Below are positions 15,869 to 16,614 of a stretch of 16,614 bases of DNA, one piece after another (the first letter of the stretch is position 1; the number at the start of each line of letters is the position of its first letter). The notes under the pieces were generated by a model. That model saw nothing but the letters and a program-made list of their open reading frames with translations, did no database searches and was not told the DNA's origin. The stretch lies in IMG/VR virus record IMGVR_UViG_2778261297_000002. One strand, given 5' to 3'. The DNA comes from a virus. Taxonomy: Duplodnaviria; Heunggongvirae; Uroviricota; Caudoviricetes. The translations under genes and the position numbers were made by a program.

Positions 15869-15905
15869 ACCATGCCTGCAATCGTAAGCAGGCATGGTAT
15901 TCATT
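15869..15905 (+). terminator. Hairpin terminator / possible element boundary
   Basis: ACCATGCCTGC-aatcgtaa-GCAGGCATGGT followed by ATTCATT. Confidence 0.5.
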
Positions 15906-16077
15906 ACCCCTACAATATTTCCTTGCTATAATCCCCAGCTCTTTGGAATGTGCTCATGCTTATGCGTGATTTCGGCTCTGTGCGATAATCCGTATATCAA
16001 TCGGTGTATCAATATTTACTGAATTGCATAGTGTGAGATTGAATTTAACTGATTAAAATCAGTGAGATATATAGATT

Positions 16078-16614
16078 ATGAAACATATTGTAGAAGTAAT
16101 GATCCCCGAAGCGGAGATTAAAGCGCGTATCGCCGAACTGGGTCGTCAGATTACTGAGCGTTACAAAGACAGCGGCAGCGATATGGTGCTGGTGGGTCTG
16201 CTGCGTGGCTCATTTATGTTTATGGCGGACCTGTGCCGTGAAGTTCAGGTATCTCATGAAGTCGACTTTATGACCGCCTCCAGCTACGGTAGCGGCATGT
16301 CCACCACCCGTGATGTGAAAATCCTCAAAGATCTGGATGAAGATATCCGTGGCAAGGACGTGCTGATTGTTGAAGATATCATCGACTCGGGGAATACACT
16401 GTCGAAAGTGCGTGAGATCTTAAGCCTGCGCGAACCGAAGTCGTTGGCGATTTGTACGCTGCTGGATAAACCGTCCCGTCGTGAAGTGAACGTCCCGGTT
16501 GAATTTATCGGTTTCTCGATCCCGGATGAGTTTGTGGTGGGTTACGGCATTGATTACGCACAGCGTTACCGTCATCTGCCGTATATCGGCAAAGTGATTC
16601 TGCTGGACGAGTAA
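16078..16614 (+). CDS. hpt: Hypoxanthine phosphoribosyltransferase
   Basis: 178 aa, near-identical by recall to enterobacterial Hpt ([32 protein letters not shown] ... [18 protein letters not shown]-binding motif); normal composition. Confidence 0.95.
   Translation: MKHIVEVMIPEAEIKARIAELGRQITERYKDSGSDMVLVGLLRGSFMFMADLCREVQVSHEVDFMTASSYGSGMSTTRDVKILKDLDEDIRGKDVLIVEDIIDSGNTLSKVREILSLREPKSLAICTLLDKPSRREVNVPVEFIGFSIPDEFVVGYGIDYAQRYRHLPYIGKVILLDE

Larger units (their letters stand above)
1..15905. mobile_element. Integrated phage-satellite-like island (PICI / P4-like); right boundary approximate, left att site outside window
   Basis: Integrase at the left edge followed by AlpA, antirepressor, primase and an iteron origin; accessory genes of atypical composition; core gene hpt immediately to the right. 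No direct-repeat att pair can be identified because the left flank is absent. Confidence 0.6.

Noticed and set aside
1-16614. tRNA gene or att direct repeats marking the integration site
   Set aside because: No tRNA-like sequence was recognised, and the left flank upstream of int is outside the window, so att cannot be called.

Overview
Nearly the whole window looks like one integrated phage-satellite-type mobile element (PICI / P4-like) in an enterobacterial chromosome. It starts with a tyrosine integrase at base 1 and ends just upstream of the core gene hpt (16078-16614), so the left attachment site lies outside the window. The backbone runs int, AlpA-like regulator, AntA-like antirepressor, a divergent regulatory region, a translationally coupled operon ending in a 710-aa primase/helicase-like protein, then a replication-origin-like array of 12 TGAACCAAC iterons. 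The right half (about 8.8-15.9 kb) is accessory: a possible terminase-small-subunit-like gene, a duplicated module (61-63 aa protein convergent with a 119-aa winged-helix-like regulator carrying a palindromic operator), a pRiA4b-ORF3-like gene, and a four-gene operon with two paralogous proteins of unknown function. Two visibly AT-rich orphan genes sit at the element edges (1320-2144 and 15321-15860). The best candidates for an undescribed system are the 11877-13535 operon with its regulator, the duplicated modules, the AT-rich orphans, and three very small minus-strand genes (3803-4240) hidden under a long antisense open frame. All functional calls rest on motifs recognised by eye and on gene arrangement; no database search was run.
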